The notes under the pieces: model-generated
The model's database searches: none
The model's input: only the letters and a program-made list of their open reading frames with translations
What the model was told of the DNA's origin: nothing
Part shown: positions 48,413 to 57,351 of the stretch, piece after piece
Position numbering within the stretch: the first letter of the stretch is position 1
Layout of the letters: each line of letters begins with the position of its first letter
Assembly: GCA_046861655.1 (NCBI GenBank)
Contig: JBHIAI010000002.1
Coordinates: forward strand, 1 to 64,000
Origin: Fidelibacterota bacterium
GTDB lineage: Bacteria > Fidelibacterota > Marinisomatia > Marinisomatales > S15-B10
DNA length: 64,000 bases
Reading direction: 5' to 3'
Position numbers and translations under genes: made by a program

Positions 48413-49780
48413 ATGGGTAAAACCCACAGATCCGGCGTGTTATTCCTGTTGATCTTGATGTCTGCGCCCCTGTTGGGCGTGACCCGGGTGGCGTTTACCC
48501 GTCCCGGACCCATGGTGAGAATTCCCATGACCCGCACCGTGCGGTCTCCCTATCTTTTCAGTGCAGGTTTCGGATCGGAGATTCACAATTTTTCCCCTTT
48601 CAATGTAGCCAAGGGTGTTTATTTCACCATGGACATATCCGAGAGATTCACCCTGGGATTCTCTTCAGGTCAGGGGGCGGACACCACCGCTCTGGAGAAC
48701 ATTCTGGAGTCCACCTATGCCCCCCCTGTTGAGTTCGGATTTCATTTCCAGCAGCGCGTTTACACCCGGGGAGACGTTTCTTTTAGTCTGGGCGTTCACG
48801 ATGTGGTCTTTGAGAACGCAGATGACGGCTTAAGTCTCGACCCCAAGCAACTGTCTTTTTTCGGGATTATTGGTAGTGAGAAGTCCTTCGGTGATTATGA
48901 TCTGCACACGTTTATGGGGTTTGGCACGGGAGGATTTGCCCAGACCCTCGCCACGGGTCAACCCGGAACCGCCGGGGAAGACACCGCCGGAACCCGGACC
49001 GGCGTATTCGCCGGGTTCTTGTTGAACACACCGTTCCTGCCCAAATGGGGTGGACTCGATTTTGTGGGTGAATTCGACGGCTCAGGCATCAATGTGGGAC
49101 TCCGCATCCCCCTTACCTCGGATTATCGCCTGAGTCTAGGATTCACCCACATAGAAAATTTGCCCGCTTTTTCCGAAGAACCTTATGGTCCCGATCACCC
49201 GGGTCTTGCGGTGGGGCTCGACATGTCGGTTCCGAGGGGACCGGTGGTCAGGGAGGTACCGGGTCTGCCCCGGCCCGGCGAGAGGGGCCCCGCCCCCGTT
49301 CCTGAAGCCGCCGTTCGTGACACAATCCTCTTGGCGGCCGATCTGGCAATGGCCAGACTCCGGGATTCTTTGCGGGTGGAAAAACACTACGTACGGAACC
49401 TGGCGACTCAGGTGGCCCGATTGGAGCAGAAAAGCCTCACCCTTGAAGATTCGGTGCGGGCGTTGAGGCTTGATCGGGCGGTGAGTCAAAAGAACATCAA
49501 CCTGGCCATGCAGCACCTGTCCCTTTCCCAGCGTTACGCCTTTGCGGGAGATTACCGGGCGGCTCTTCAGGAGGTGGAGACTGCCCTGGATTTGAACCCT
49601 AATCTGGCACTGGCTTACGCCCGGCGAGGGGCCATATACTATAAGTTGGGAGATATTCAACGGGCGACCATCAACTGGAATCTGGCTCTCCAGATGGATC
49701 CGGAATACGATGACGTGAGAAACATCTTGAAGGCTCTTCACGAGAACCGTTTGAAGGCCATCAGTTTCAACAAGGAGTAA
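48413..49780 (+). CDS. Putative outer-membrane beta-barrel fused to coiled coil and TPR
   Basis: Signal peptide, beta strands (FVGEFDGSGINVGLRIP), coiled coil, TPRs (ALDLNPNLALAYARRG, ALQMDPEY). Confidence 0.7.
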   Translation: MGKTHRSGVLFLLILMSAPLLGVTRVAFTRPGPMVRIPMTRTVRSPYLFSAGFGSEIHNFSPFNVAKGVYFTMDISERFTLGFSSGQGADTTALENILESTYAPPVEFGFHFQQRVYTRGDVSFSLGVHDVVFENADDGLSLDPKQLSFFGIIGSEKSFGDYDLHTFMGFGTGGFAQTLATGQPGTAGEDTAGTRTGVFAGFLLNTPFLPKWGGLDFVGEFDGSGINVGLRIPLTSDYRLSLGFTHIENLPAFSEEPYGPDHPGLAVGLDMSVPRGPVVREVPGLPRPGERGPAPVPEAAVRDTILLAADLAMARLRDSLRVEKHYVRNLATQVARLEQKSLTLEDSVRALRLDRAVSQKNINLAMQHLSLSQRYAFAGDYRAALQEVETALDLNPNLALAYARRGAIYYKLGDIQRATINWNLALQMDPEYDDVRNILKALHENRLKAISFNKE

Positions 49781-49788
49781 CGTTCCGT

Positions 49789-50574
49789 ATGGACATAGCC
49801 ACGCTGGTAGGCATCGTGATCGGTTTAGGTGCTATTGGAGGGGGAATCTTCGTGGCCGCTGCTGCCGCCGGTGCGGGAGCTGAAGGATTCGTTTCCCTGC
49901 CGAGTTTCCTGATCGTGTTCGGAGGCATGGTGGCCTCAGTCTCGGTGGCCTTTCCCCTGCCGGAAGTAATGAAACTGGGGGCGGCCATGGGGGCGGTCTT
50001 CAAGGGAGGTTTGATCAGGCTGGGCGAGCTGGTGGATGATGCGGTGGAACTGGCAGGAGTGGCAAGGAAGGGTGCAGCCGAACTGGAAAAGGGTGTGGGA
50101 GACATCCGAAATCCTTTCTTCAGGGATGGCGTCCAGATGGTGGTGGACGGCTATTCCGAAGAGGAATTGGTTGAGATTCTGGAAACCCGTATCAGCTACC
50201 GGGAAGTCCGGGAACGGTCCCAGGCAAGTCTGTTTCAGACCATGGGGACCATGGCGCCAGCGTGGGGGATGATTGGGACGCTCATCGGACTGGTTATCAT
50301 GCTCATGGGATTCGGTGGAGGGGGAGGAACAGAAGCTCTCGGTTCAGGCATGTCCGCCGCCCTGATTACCACCTTCTACGGAGCTGTGTTTGCCAATCTG
50401 TTCTTTCTCCCCATGGCGGCCAAGCTCAACTCGCGAATCGCTCACACCAGCACCATGCAGGCCATGCTGGTGGAGGCCGCCCGTTTGATTCATCAGAAAA
50501 AACACCCCCTTATCGTCCGGGAGAGACTCAACTCCTTCATTCCTCCCAAGGAATGGAAAAGGGAAGGGGAGTAA
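49789..50574 (+). CDS. motA: Flagellar-type stator protein MotA/PomA
   Basis: MDIATLVG, SFLIVFGG, ARKG...LE, FFRDGVQMVVDG, APAWGMIGTLIGL, ALITTFYG...ANLFFLP; AAGGAG RBS. Confidence 0.93.
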   Translation: MDIATLVGIVIGLGAIGGGIFVAAAAAGAGAEGFVSLPSFLIVFGGMVASVSVAFPLPEVMKLGAAMGAVFKGGLIRLGELVDDAVELAGVARKGAAELEKGVGDIRNPFFRDGVQMVVDGYSEEELVEILETRISYREVRERSQASLFQTMGTMAPAWGMIGTLIGLVIMLMGFGGGGGTEALGSGMSAALITTFYGAVFANLFFLPMAAKLNSRIAHTSTMQAMLVEAARLIHQKKHPLIVRERLNSFIPPKEWKREGE

Positions 50575-50577
50575 CCT

Positions 50578-51330
50578 GTGCCGAGAAAGCCTCAACCTCC
50601 TCCTCCTGAACCGGGTCTCCCCAATTGGTTTGCCACTTTTGCCGATATGATGACGCTTCTCCTGGCCTTTTTCGTTCTTCTGGCCGCCATTTCCACCATC
50701 GATCCCGTCAAACTTCAGGCCATGGCCGATTCCATGAAAAAATCAGTGGGAAAGAAAATAGAGATGGAGGGAGCCATGAGCCTGGCCGATATCGAGAAGG
50801 CGGTTAAGGTGATGGTGTCGCAGGAACAGATGGAGGAAGCTGTGGAAGTGACCACCAGCACCAAGGGTGTCACCATCGGCATTTCATCGGACATCAGTTT
50901 CGAATCGGGTTCAGCGGACCTGAAACCCGGGATCATGCCCATTCTGGAAAAGATTGTTCCCACGATCGAGAATTCGTATTTCCAGGTGGCTGTTGAGGGC
51001 CATACTGACAACGTGCCCATTTCGGACAATATCCGGGTGCGGTTTCCCTCTAACTGGGAACTGTCCGGCGCCCGGGCGGCTTCGGTGGTCCGGGAATTGA
51101 TCGATATGGGCGTAGAACCCACACGTCTGCAGTCGGTGGGATATGCCGAATACATTCCGAGGGATCGGCCCACGGACAGGCTCATCACGGATGAGCTTAT
51201 CCTCGAGCTGAATGCAACCCCCGATCTTCAGGCCCGTAATCGCCGGGTGGAGATCACCTTTCTGGCTCCCCGGGGGGGGCCGGTGGGTAGCCACAGGGAG
51301 GAGTCGGAGCCGGAGGAGGGGGGAGAGTAA
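50578..51330 (+). CDS. motB: Flagellar-type stator protein MotB (OmpA-like peptidoglycan-binding domain)
   Basis: WFATFADMMTLLLAFFV with conserved Asp, EGHTDN, SNWELSGARA, NRRVEI. Confidence 0.93.
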   Translation: MPRKPQPPPPEPGLPNWFATFADMMTLLLAFFVLLAAISTIDPVKLQAMADSMKKSVGKKIEMEGAMSLADIEKAVKVMVSQEQMEEAVEVTTSTKGVTIGISSDISFESGSADLKPGIMPILEKIVPTIENSYFQVAVEGHTDNVPISDNIRVRFPSNWELSGARAASVVRELIDMGVEPTRLQSVGYAEYIPRDRPTDRLITDELILELNATPDLQARNRRVEITFLAPRGGPVGSHREESEPEEGGE

Positions 51331-51357
51331 GACCTGGAGCCTAAACAAGGAGAGGTC

Positions 51358-52935
51358 ATGAAACACAGGTTGAGGGGTATCCTTGGCGGGGGAGCCGTAG
51401 TTGCCGTTTTGGCTGTCCTCGCTGTGGGGCAGGAGTCCACGTTTCTGGCTCAGAAGCTCATGCTGGAAAACGATTTAAGGAAGCGTATTACGGGAGCTCT
51501 TGAAAAAATCCTGGACGACCACCGTTACGTCCTGGATGTGACCGTGGATTTGAAGTTCACGCCCGCCGTTCGCGAGGAAGTGACATTCGCACCCGAGGAG
51601 GTCCCGGCCCAAGTAAAACCAGCTCTCAGAGAAAAGATGGGTGCTCGGGAACAACCAGAAGAGGTGGCGGGCCGGAAGAAGTCCCGGGTGACGGGACTTC
51701 CCATTCCGGGATTTGATTTTCAGGTGGAAGAGGAACCTGCGCCAGGGCTGGAGGAACCGTCTGCTGTTGAAACCGAAAAGGAGGATGAATCCGTCCAGGA
51801 GGGACCGGCCAGAAAAGGGGCCAGAGTGATCCGCCAGTCCTATACGGACATCAGTACATCCATGCCGGTGATCAGGAAGATGGAAATCAGCTGCATTCTC
51901 CCCGAGGGGTCCTCTCCTGAGCTCATCGAGAACGTTCGACAGATTATCATGGTGGCTTCCCATTTCGACCGGAGTCGCGGGGATGTCCTGAGTGTTATGA
52001 CGGCGTCGTTCAAGGAGAGAAAGGACGAGAGGACGGCGGAGGCCATCATCTTAAGAAGTATTGCGGAAAAAATTGATCAGCTTGAGGAGAGACAGGCGGA
52101 GACCGACGCTCAGGTAGTCGAGGACTGGCGCAGGGAGTTGGAACAGTGGAAACAGGAGGAATCCCGGCGCCAGGAGGAAGAACGGTCCGTCTGGCGAACC
52201 GAACTCGAAAGGCTGGAGAATGACCGCCTTCGTCGGGAATTTGAACGGGAAAAAAGAGCCATTCTGGAGCGTGATTCCCTGGAACTGGCAGCCTTAACTC
52301 AGGAAATCGATGAGTTAAGAGCCATGCTGACCACCGCCGATCTGACGCCTCAAGAGCAACAGACGGCTCAGGATCAGGTGGCGATCAAGGAGAGGAAGCG
52401 GGCTCAGATCGACTCTGTGATTGATGAGAAACTGGCTTTTCTTGAGGAGACCCGCCAGGAAATGAGGGAACTGGACAGGGCAGGAGTGAGCAATCTCCCC
52501 ATTTATCTGATGAGTGCTATTTCGCTTCTGGCCGTAGCTGCCCTGGCGGCGGTGATCATTTTCAACGGCCGGAGTCGTCCCCGTTATATGGTACCCCCTC
52601 CATGGCTCATGAGGCCGCCCAGCAAAAAAAAAGTGACTAAGGAGAAAAAAGAGGATGAGGACAAGGGCGAGGGACCCAAGGCGGCGCCGCCTCCCCCACC
52701 TCCGCCCACGCCCCCGGAACCGGAAGAAGATCCCAGTGTCCTCCAGTCAGAAATCAAATCTATGCGGCAGTCCATTGTGTCCATGAGCGTGGGACAGCCC
52801 GAGACGGCCACCGATATCGTTAAAGAGTGGTTGGAAGAAGAAGCGCCCGCACCTCCCGAGGAAGCGCCGGCGGCCGTAACTCCCCCTTCCCCCGAAGAAA
52901 AGGATGAGGGGAAAAAGAAAAAGAAGAAAAAGTAG
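51358..52935 (+). CDS. FliF-like ring protein (RBM3/FliF_C only, long coiled coil, TM, FliG-binding tail)
   Basis: LENDLRKRITGALEKIL...VTVDLKF and IRKMEIS...FDRSRGDVLSVMTASF RBM3 halves; TM at about aa 380-404; PETATDIVKEWL tail. Confidence 0.75.
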   Translation: MKHRLRGILGGGAVVAVLAVLAVGQESTFLAQKLMLENDLRKRITGALEKILDDHRYVLDVTVDLKFTPAVREEVTFAPEEVPAQVKPALREKMGAREQPEEVAGRKKSRVTGLPIPGFDFQVEEEPAPGLEEPSAVETEKEDESVQEGPARKGARVIRQSYTDISTSMPVIRKMEISCILPEGSSPELIENVRQIIMVASHFDRSRGDVLSVMTASFKERKDERTAEAIILRSIAEKIDQLEERQAETDAQVVEDWRRELEQWKQEESRRQEEERSVWRTELERLENDRLRREFEREKRAILERDSLELAALTQEIDELRAMLTTADLTPQEQQTAQDQVAIKERKRAQIDSVIDEKLAFLEETRQEMRELDRAGVSNLPIYLMSAISLLAVAALAAVIIFNGRSRPRYMVPPPWLMRPPSKKKVTKEKKEDEDKGEGPKAAPPPPPPPTPPEPEEDPSVLQSEIKSMRQSIVSMSVGQPETATDIVKEWLEEEAPAPPEEAPAAVTPPSPEEKDEGKKKKKKK

Positions 52936-52944
52936 AGTCAACGC

Positions 52945-53874
52945 ATGATTACCGATTACAATCGTTTGTCCGGCCTGGATAAGGTGGCCATCCTTTTCTC
53001 TGTACTGGGAGAAGGTCTGGCGGTGAAAGTTGTGAAGGGACTGGAAGAGGCGGACCTGCGGCGGATCCGGGCTCGCGTCCGTGAAATGGAGGCAGTGTCT
53101 ACGTCGGTAAAGAAGAAGGTCGTGGACCAATTCTACCTGGCGTTCGTATCCAGGAAACTGGAGGATGAGACCGGCGGAGACACCAAACGGCCCTTTGCCT
53201 TCTTGGAAAACTTAGCCGACGAACAGCTGGGAGCCCTCCTGGAAGTGGAAGAACCGAGAATCATTGCCATGGCTCTGGCTCAGGTGCCTACCGACAGGCA
53301 GGTTTTTGTGATGGCCCGCCTGACACCGGAAACGAAGGGGCAGGTGCTTATGGAAATGGGCAACCTGGGGAATGTTCCCCTGGAGGCCGTGGTCACTGTG
53401 GCTACGGATCTGGAGAAAAAATCCCACTTCCTTCCCCGTGGTGTGGACTTCTCCCGGGGAGGGGGTAAGAACGTGGCTGATATTCTTGAGAAACTTTCCC
53501 CTGAGGAAGGAGAAAAGTTTCTGGAAGCCATCGCCCGGGAGTCTCCTGACCTGGCCAAAGAGATCAAGAGATATCACCTTACCTTCGACGACGTGTTCAG
53601 ATTTCCCGACAGCCTCTTGAGGGACCTCATGAATTCGGTGGAGCTGGATACAGTGGCCTTGGCCATGAAGGGTCAATCCGAGGAGATTGTTGACCGGGTT
53701 ATCAGTAACCTTCCCCAGAAGAAACAGGCCATGTACGAGCCGGTGGAACGAGCGGTTCCCAAAAGGGAGGTGGATAACGCCAGAAAAGCCATTGTGGATG
53801 CTGCCCGGCAGATGGAAAAGGACGGACGCATTAATCTGGAAGATATTCTGGGTGGCAGCGAAATGGTGGAATAG
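52945..53874 (+). CDS. fliG: Divergent flagellar rotor protein FliG
   Basis: LSGLDKVAIL, PFAFL, EEPRIIAMAL, GGGKNVADIL, LTFDDV, ALAMKG, EVDNARKAIV...EKDGRI. Confidence 0.88.
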   Translation: MITDYNRLSGLDKVAILFSVLGEGLAVKVVKGLEEADLRRIRARVREMEAVSTSVKKKVVDQFYLAFVSRKLEDETGGDTKRPFAFLENLADEQLGALLEVEEPRIIAMALAQVPTDRQVFVMARLTPETKGQVLMEMGNLGNVPLEAVVTVATDLEKKSHFLPRGVDFSRGGGKNVADILEKLSPEEGEKFLEAIARESPDLAKEIKRYHLTFDDVFRFPDSLLRDLMNSVELDTVALAMKGQSEEIVDRVISNLPQKKQAMYEPVERAVPKREVDNARKAIVDAARQMEKDGRINLEDILGGSEMVE

Positions 53875-54714
53875 GTGTCTTTGTTCCGTCCTCGGTCAAG
53901 AAGCCTTCCCTGGGAAAGGACGGGAAGGCTTTTTCATATCTTTCCTGTGAGATTGGGAGCCCTGGGACTGATGGCAGTGGTGTCCACGGGTGTCTCCGGA
54001 AAACCTTCCCCCGTTACTCCGGGGGGAGAGGCCGGTTGGGAACGATCCCTCGCAGCCTCGTTTTCCACCCAGGGCGGAAACACCAATCTGTCCAGTTACG
54101 CCCTGGCCTTTACGGTGGATTATACGGGGGATCTCCGTGTAGCAGGCGTGGATTTCAACGACAGTGAGTTCCACGCGTTCGTCCGTCATAAACGGGGGAA
54201 ACTGGACAGGTCTTTATATGAAGACGATGGGAGTGCGTCCTTGCTGTTTGACATCATGGCCCATGGCAAATTCTCCCCTTTTTTCCTTTCTTACTGGGCC
54301 TACGATTCCACCACGGGCCTCGATGAACGAATTCAGCTCGGAGCTGGAGGCAAGTACACCGTCGCCGGGGGATTCTCCCTGAGCCTTGCCTATCTGTTTG
54401 AGGTGGAGGGCTATAAGGGTGAGTCCAGAACCCGGCAGTATCGATTGTCGTTTCGACCCAAGTACAAGAGGACCTTCTCCAGCGGTGTGTCCCTTAACAC
54501 CCTGGTATTCATCCAGCCCCTGGTCCTGGATCCCGGCAGATTTCTCATTGACAGCCATGTGAGTGTGACCGTTCCCACCCCGGTGAAGATACTGGCAGAT
54601 GACAAGAAACTCGAGGTGACTCTGAGGTGGAGGGAACAATTCAACTCCCGTCCCCCCGGTTCGGTCCAGAAGCGGGACAGCGATCTTGACCTTGGCCTGA
54701 TGATTTCGTTTTAG
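53875..54714 (+). CDS. DUF481-like outer-membrane beta-barrel (start uncertain)
   Basis: TQGGNTN, RIQLGAGGKY, NTLVFIQP, FNSRPP...KRD, C-terminal LGLMISF. Confidence 0.65.
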   Translation: MSLFRPRSRSLPWERTGRLFHIFPVRLGALGLMAVVSTGVSGKPSPVTPGGEAGWERSLAASFSTQGGNTNLSSYALAFTVDYTGDLRVAGVDFNDSEFHAFVRHKRGKLDRSLYEDDGSASLLFDIMAHGKFSPFFLSYWAYDSTTGLDERIQLGAGGKYTVAGGFSLSLAYLFEVEGYKGESRTRQYRLSFRPKYKRTFSSGVSLNTLVFIQPLVLDPGRFLIDSHVSVTVPTPVKILADDKKLEVTLRWREQFNSRPPGSVQKRDSDLDLGLMISF

Positions 54715-54732
54715 ATCACGGGGTAGAGTAGT

Positions 54733-56151
54733 ATGGAAAAGGAAATCCACGAGTTGAATCTGGAGGGAACCACCTTCCGGACCATCATTGAACCGTTCAG
54801 AATCAAGTCTGTGGAACCCATCCGGATCACCACCCGGGATGAGAGGGAAACGATTCTTCAACAGGCCTTCTACAATGTGTTTCTCATCCGGTCCAGGGAC
54901 GTTATCATCGATCTTCTCACCGACAGCGGTACCAACGCCATGAGTTCGGACCAGTGGAGCGGAATAATGCGAGGCGATGAGACCTACGCCGGTAGTGAGA
55001 GCTATGGCCGTTTTGAGAATACGGTCAAGGATATCTTCGGATTCAAGCATGTCATTCCGACCCACCAGGGAAGAGCCGCCGAGAGGATTCTGTTTACGGT
55101 CATGTGCCGGCCGGGAGATGTGGTTCCCAACAACACCCACTTCGACACCACCCGGGCCAACGTAGAATTCCGGGGAGCGGTGGCGAAAGATCTCCCCATT
55201 GAAGAAGGGCGAGATCCCCAGAATCCCCATCCGTTCAAGGGGAACATGGACCTGGCAAAACTGGAGGCACTGATCACCCGGGAGGGGAAGGAAAAGATTC
55301 CCCTTTGCATGGTGACGATCACCAACAACTCCGGGGGAGGCCAGCCGGTGTCCATGGAGAACCTACGGGCCACGAAGACCCTGGTATCCCGGTATGGGAT
55401 TCCCCTCTACCTGGACGCATGCCGGTTCGCTGAGAATGCTTATTTGATTAAGTTAAGGGAAAAAGGGTACGAGAATAAGCCGGTCAGGGAGATCGTGGCG
55501 GAAATGATGAGCTACGCCGACGGGTGCACCATGAGTGCCAAAAAGGACGGCCTGGCCAACATCGGAGGATTTCTCTGCACCAACGATGATCTTCTGGCCC
55601 GGCAGGAAAGGGACCTTCTGATTCTCACTGAAGGCTTTCCCACCTACGGGGGCATGGCGGGAAGGGACCTGGAGGCCATCGCCATCGGTCTGGAAGAGGC
55701 GATTCACGAAGATTATCTCATCTACCGGATTGCCGAAACCCAGTACTTGGGGAAACACCTGGAGGAAATAGGGTTTCCCATTGTGCAACCCCCGGGAGGT
55801 CACGCCGTATACGTGGATGCTAACGCCACGTTACCCCATATGGATCCTCTGGAATACCCCGGTCAGGCTCTGACGGCTGAACTTTACCTTGCAGGGGGGA
55901 TCAGGGCGGTGGAAATTGGGTCCGTCATGTTCGGGAAGGAAGACCCGGAGACGGGAAAGGAACAACCGGCGGCCATGGAGTTGGTTCGACTTGCCATTCC
56001 CCGGCGGGTGTACACGCAGAGTCATATCGATTATGTCATTGAGGTGTGCAAGAGAGTCTGGAAACGCCGGGAATCTCTCAAAGGGTTTCGAATCACTGAA
56101 CAGGCCCCGTTTCTTCGTCACTTTACCGCTAAGTTTGAACCCCTTGATTAG
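54733..56151 (+). CDS. tnaA: Tryptophanase
   Basis: EPFRIKSVE, DLLTDSGT, HQGRAAE, SAKKD and LRHFTA (tryptophanase-type; tyrosine phenol-lyase has SGKKD and LRFFTA). Confidence 0.88.
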   Translation: MEKEIHELNLEGTTFRTIIEPFRIKSVEPIRITTRDERETILQQAFYNVFLIRSRDVIIDLLTDSGTNAMSSDQWSGIMRGDETYAGSESYGRFENTVKDIFGFKHVIPTHQGRAAERILFTVMCRPGDVVPNNTHFDTTRANVEFRGAVAKDLPIEEGRDPQNPHPFKGNMDLAKLEALITREGKEKIPLCMVTITNNSGGGQPVSMENLRATKTLVSRYGIPLYLDACRFAENAYLIKLREKGYENKPVREIVAEMMSYADGCTMSAKKDGLANIGGFLCTNDDLLARQERDLLILTEGFPTYGGMAGRDLEAIAIGLEEAIHEDYLIYRIAETQYLGKHLEEIGFPIVQPPGGHAVYVDANATLPHMDPLEYPGQALTAELYLAGGIRAVEIGSVMFGKEDPETGKEQPAAMELVRLAIPRRVYTQSHIDYVIEVCKRVWKRRESLKGFRITEQAPFLRHFTAKFEPLD

Positions 56152-56157
56152 CCGGCG

Positions 56158-57342
56158 ATGCCAGGTACCAGAAAAATCCATCATCTCCTGATCGCGGGTG
56201 CCTTGATTCTGACCGCGTGCACCGAGTCCCCGAGAAAGTTTCACGACCGGGCCTATGTTGCCGACACCCACAATGATGTCCTTCTGCGGGTCATGAGGGG
56301 GGAGGACATTGCCGTGAGAACTTCATCGGGGCATTCCGACGTTCCGAGGTTGGAAGAGGGGGGCGTCGACATGCAGGTGTTTTCGGTCTGGGTGGACCCG
56401 GCCACCTATGGGTCTGGCAGCTCTTTTCAAAGGGCGAACGAGATGATCGATTCTCTGGTCAGCCTTGCGGAAAGAATTCCCCAGCGGCTGGAGATTGCCC
56501 GCTCCTACGACGATCTGGAACGGCTCGAGCGGGAAGGAAAACTGGCGGCTGTCATTGGCGTTGAAGGGGGACACGCCATCGAAAACAGCCTGGAAAAGCT
56601 AAAGGTTCTTCACCAGCGGGGAATGCGCTATCTTACCGTCACCTGGAATAACTCCCTGGATTGGGCCAGCTCAGCCAAGGATGAGACAAAGGGAGATATG
56701 GGACCCTTCGCCGGACTCAATAAGTTCGGCAGGGAGGTGATCCGTTCCTGCAATGACCTGGGGGTGATGGTGGATGTGTCACACGCGGGGGAACAGACCT
56801 TCTGGGATATCATAGGGAGCACCACCCGTCCTGTTATCGCCTCCCACTCTTCCGTGTATGCCATCTGTCCCCATTTTCGCAACCTCAAAGATGACCAGCT
56901 TCAGGCCATCAAGGATAACGGCGGTGTGGTGTTTGTTAATTTTTTCCCGGGTTATCTGGACAGCACCTTCGAAGGCCGGTACCTCCAGGTGGAAAAAGCC
57001 CATCAGGAGGAACTGGATTCCCTGGCGGGGATCTATTCACGGGACTCTGAGGATTTCTGGTATGGACGGATTCAGATCCTTCGGGATGATCTTTCCACCG
57101 TGGCACCCCCCGTGGACCTCCTCATCGATCACATTGACTATATCGCAAACTTGATCGGTGTTGACCATGTTGGACTGGGATCGGATTTTGATGGGGTCTC
57201 GGTCCTGCCCCGGGGAATGGAAGACGCCACCCGGGTTCCCCTGATTACGGAAAAACTCCTCCAACGGGGTTACTCCAGGAGGGATGTAAGGAAGATCCTG
57301 GGGGAGAATTTCAAGCGTGTTTTCCGGGAGACCGTAGGGTGA
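56158..57342 (+). CDS. Membrane dipeptidase (M19) lipoprotein
   Basis: Lipobox LTAC, DTHND, GVEGGH, VDVSH, ASHS, GSDFDG, ILGENF. Confidence 0.92.
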   Translation: MPGTRKIHHLLIAGALILTACTESPRKFHDRAYVADTHNDVLLRVMRGEDIAVRTSSGHSDVPRLEEGGVDMQVFSVWVDPATYGSGSSFQRANEMIDSLVSLAERIPQRLEIARSYDDLERLEREGKLAAVIGVEGGHAIENSLEKLKVLHQRGMRYLTVTWNNSLDWASSAKDETKGDMGPFAGLNKFGREVIRSCNDLGVMVDVSHAGEQTFWDIIGSTTRPVIASHSSVYAICPHFRNLKDDQLQAIKDNGGVVFVNFFPGYLDSTFEGRYLQVEKAHQEELDSLAGIYSRDSEDFWYGRIQILRDDLSTVAPPVDLLIDHIDYIANLIGVDHVGLGSDFDGVSVLPRGMEDATRVPLITEKLLQRGYSRRDVRKILGENFKRVFRETVG

Positions 57343-57351
57343 TCCGGGGAG

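Noticed and set aside
49789..51330. MotA/MotB pair as Zorya anti-phage ZorA/ZorB or as ExbB/TolQ
   Set aside because: MotA is a normal 261 aa with no long ZorA tail, there is no ZorC/D/E-like gene, the motifs are flagellar-stator type, and FliF-like and FliG genes follow directly.
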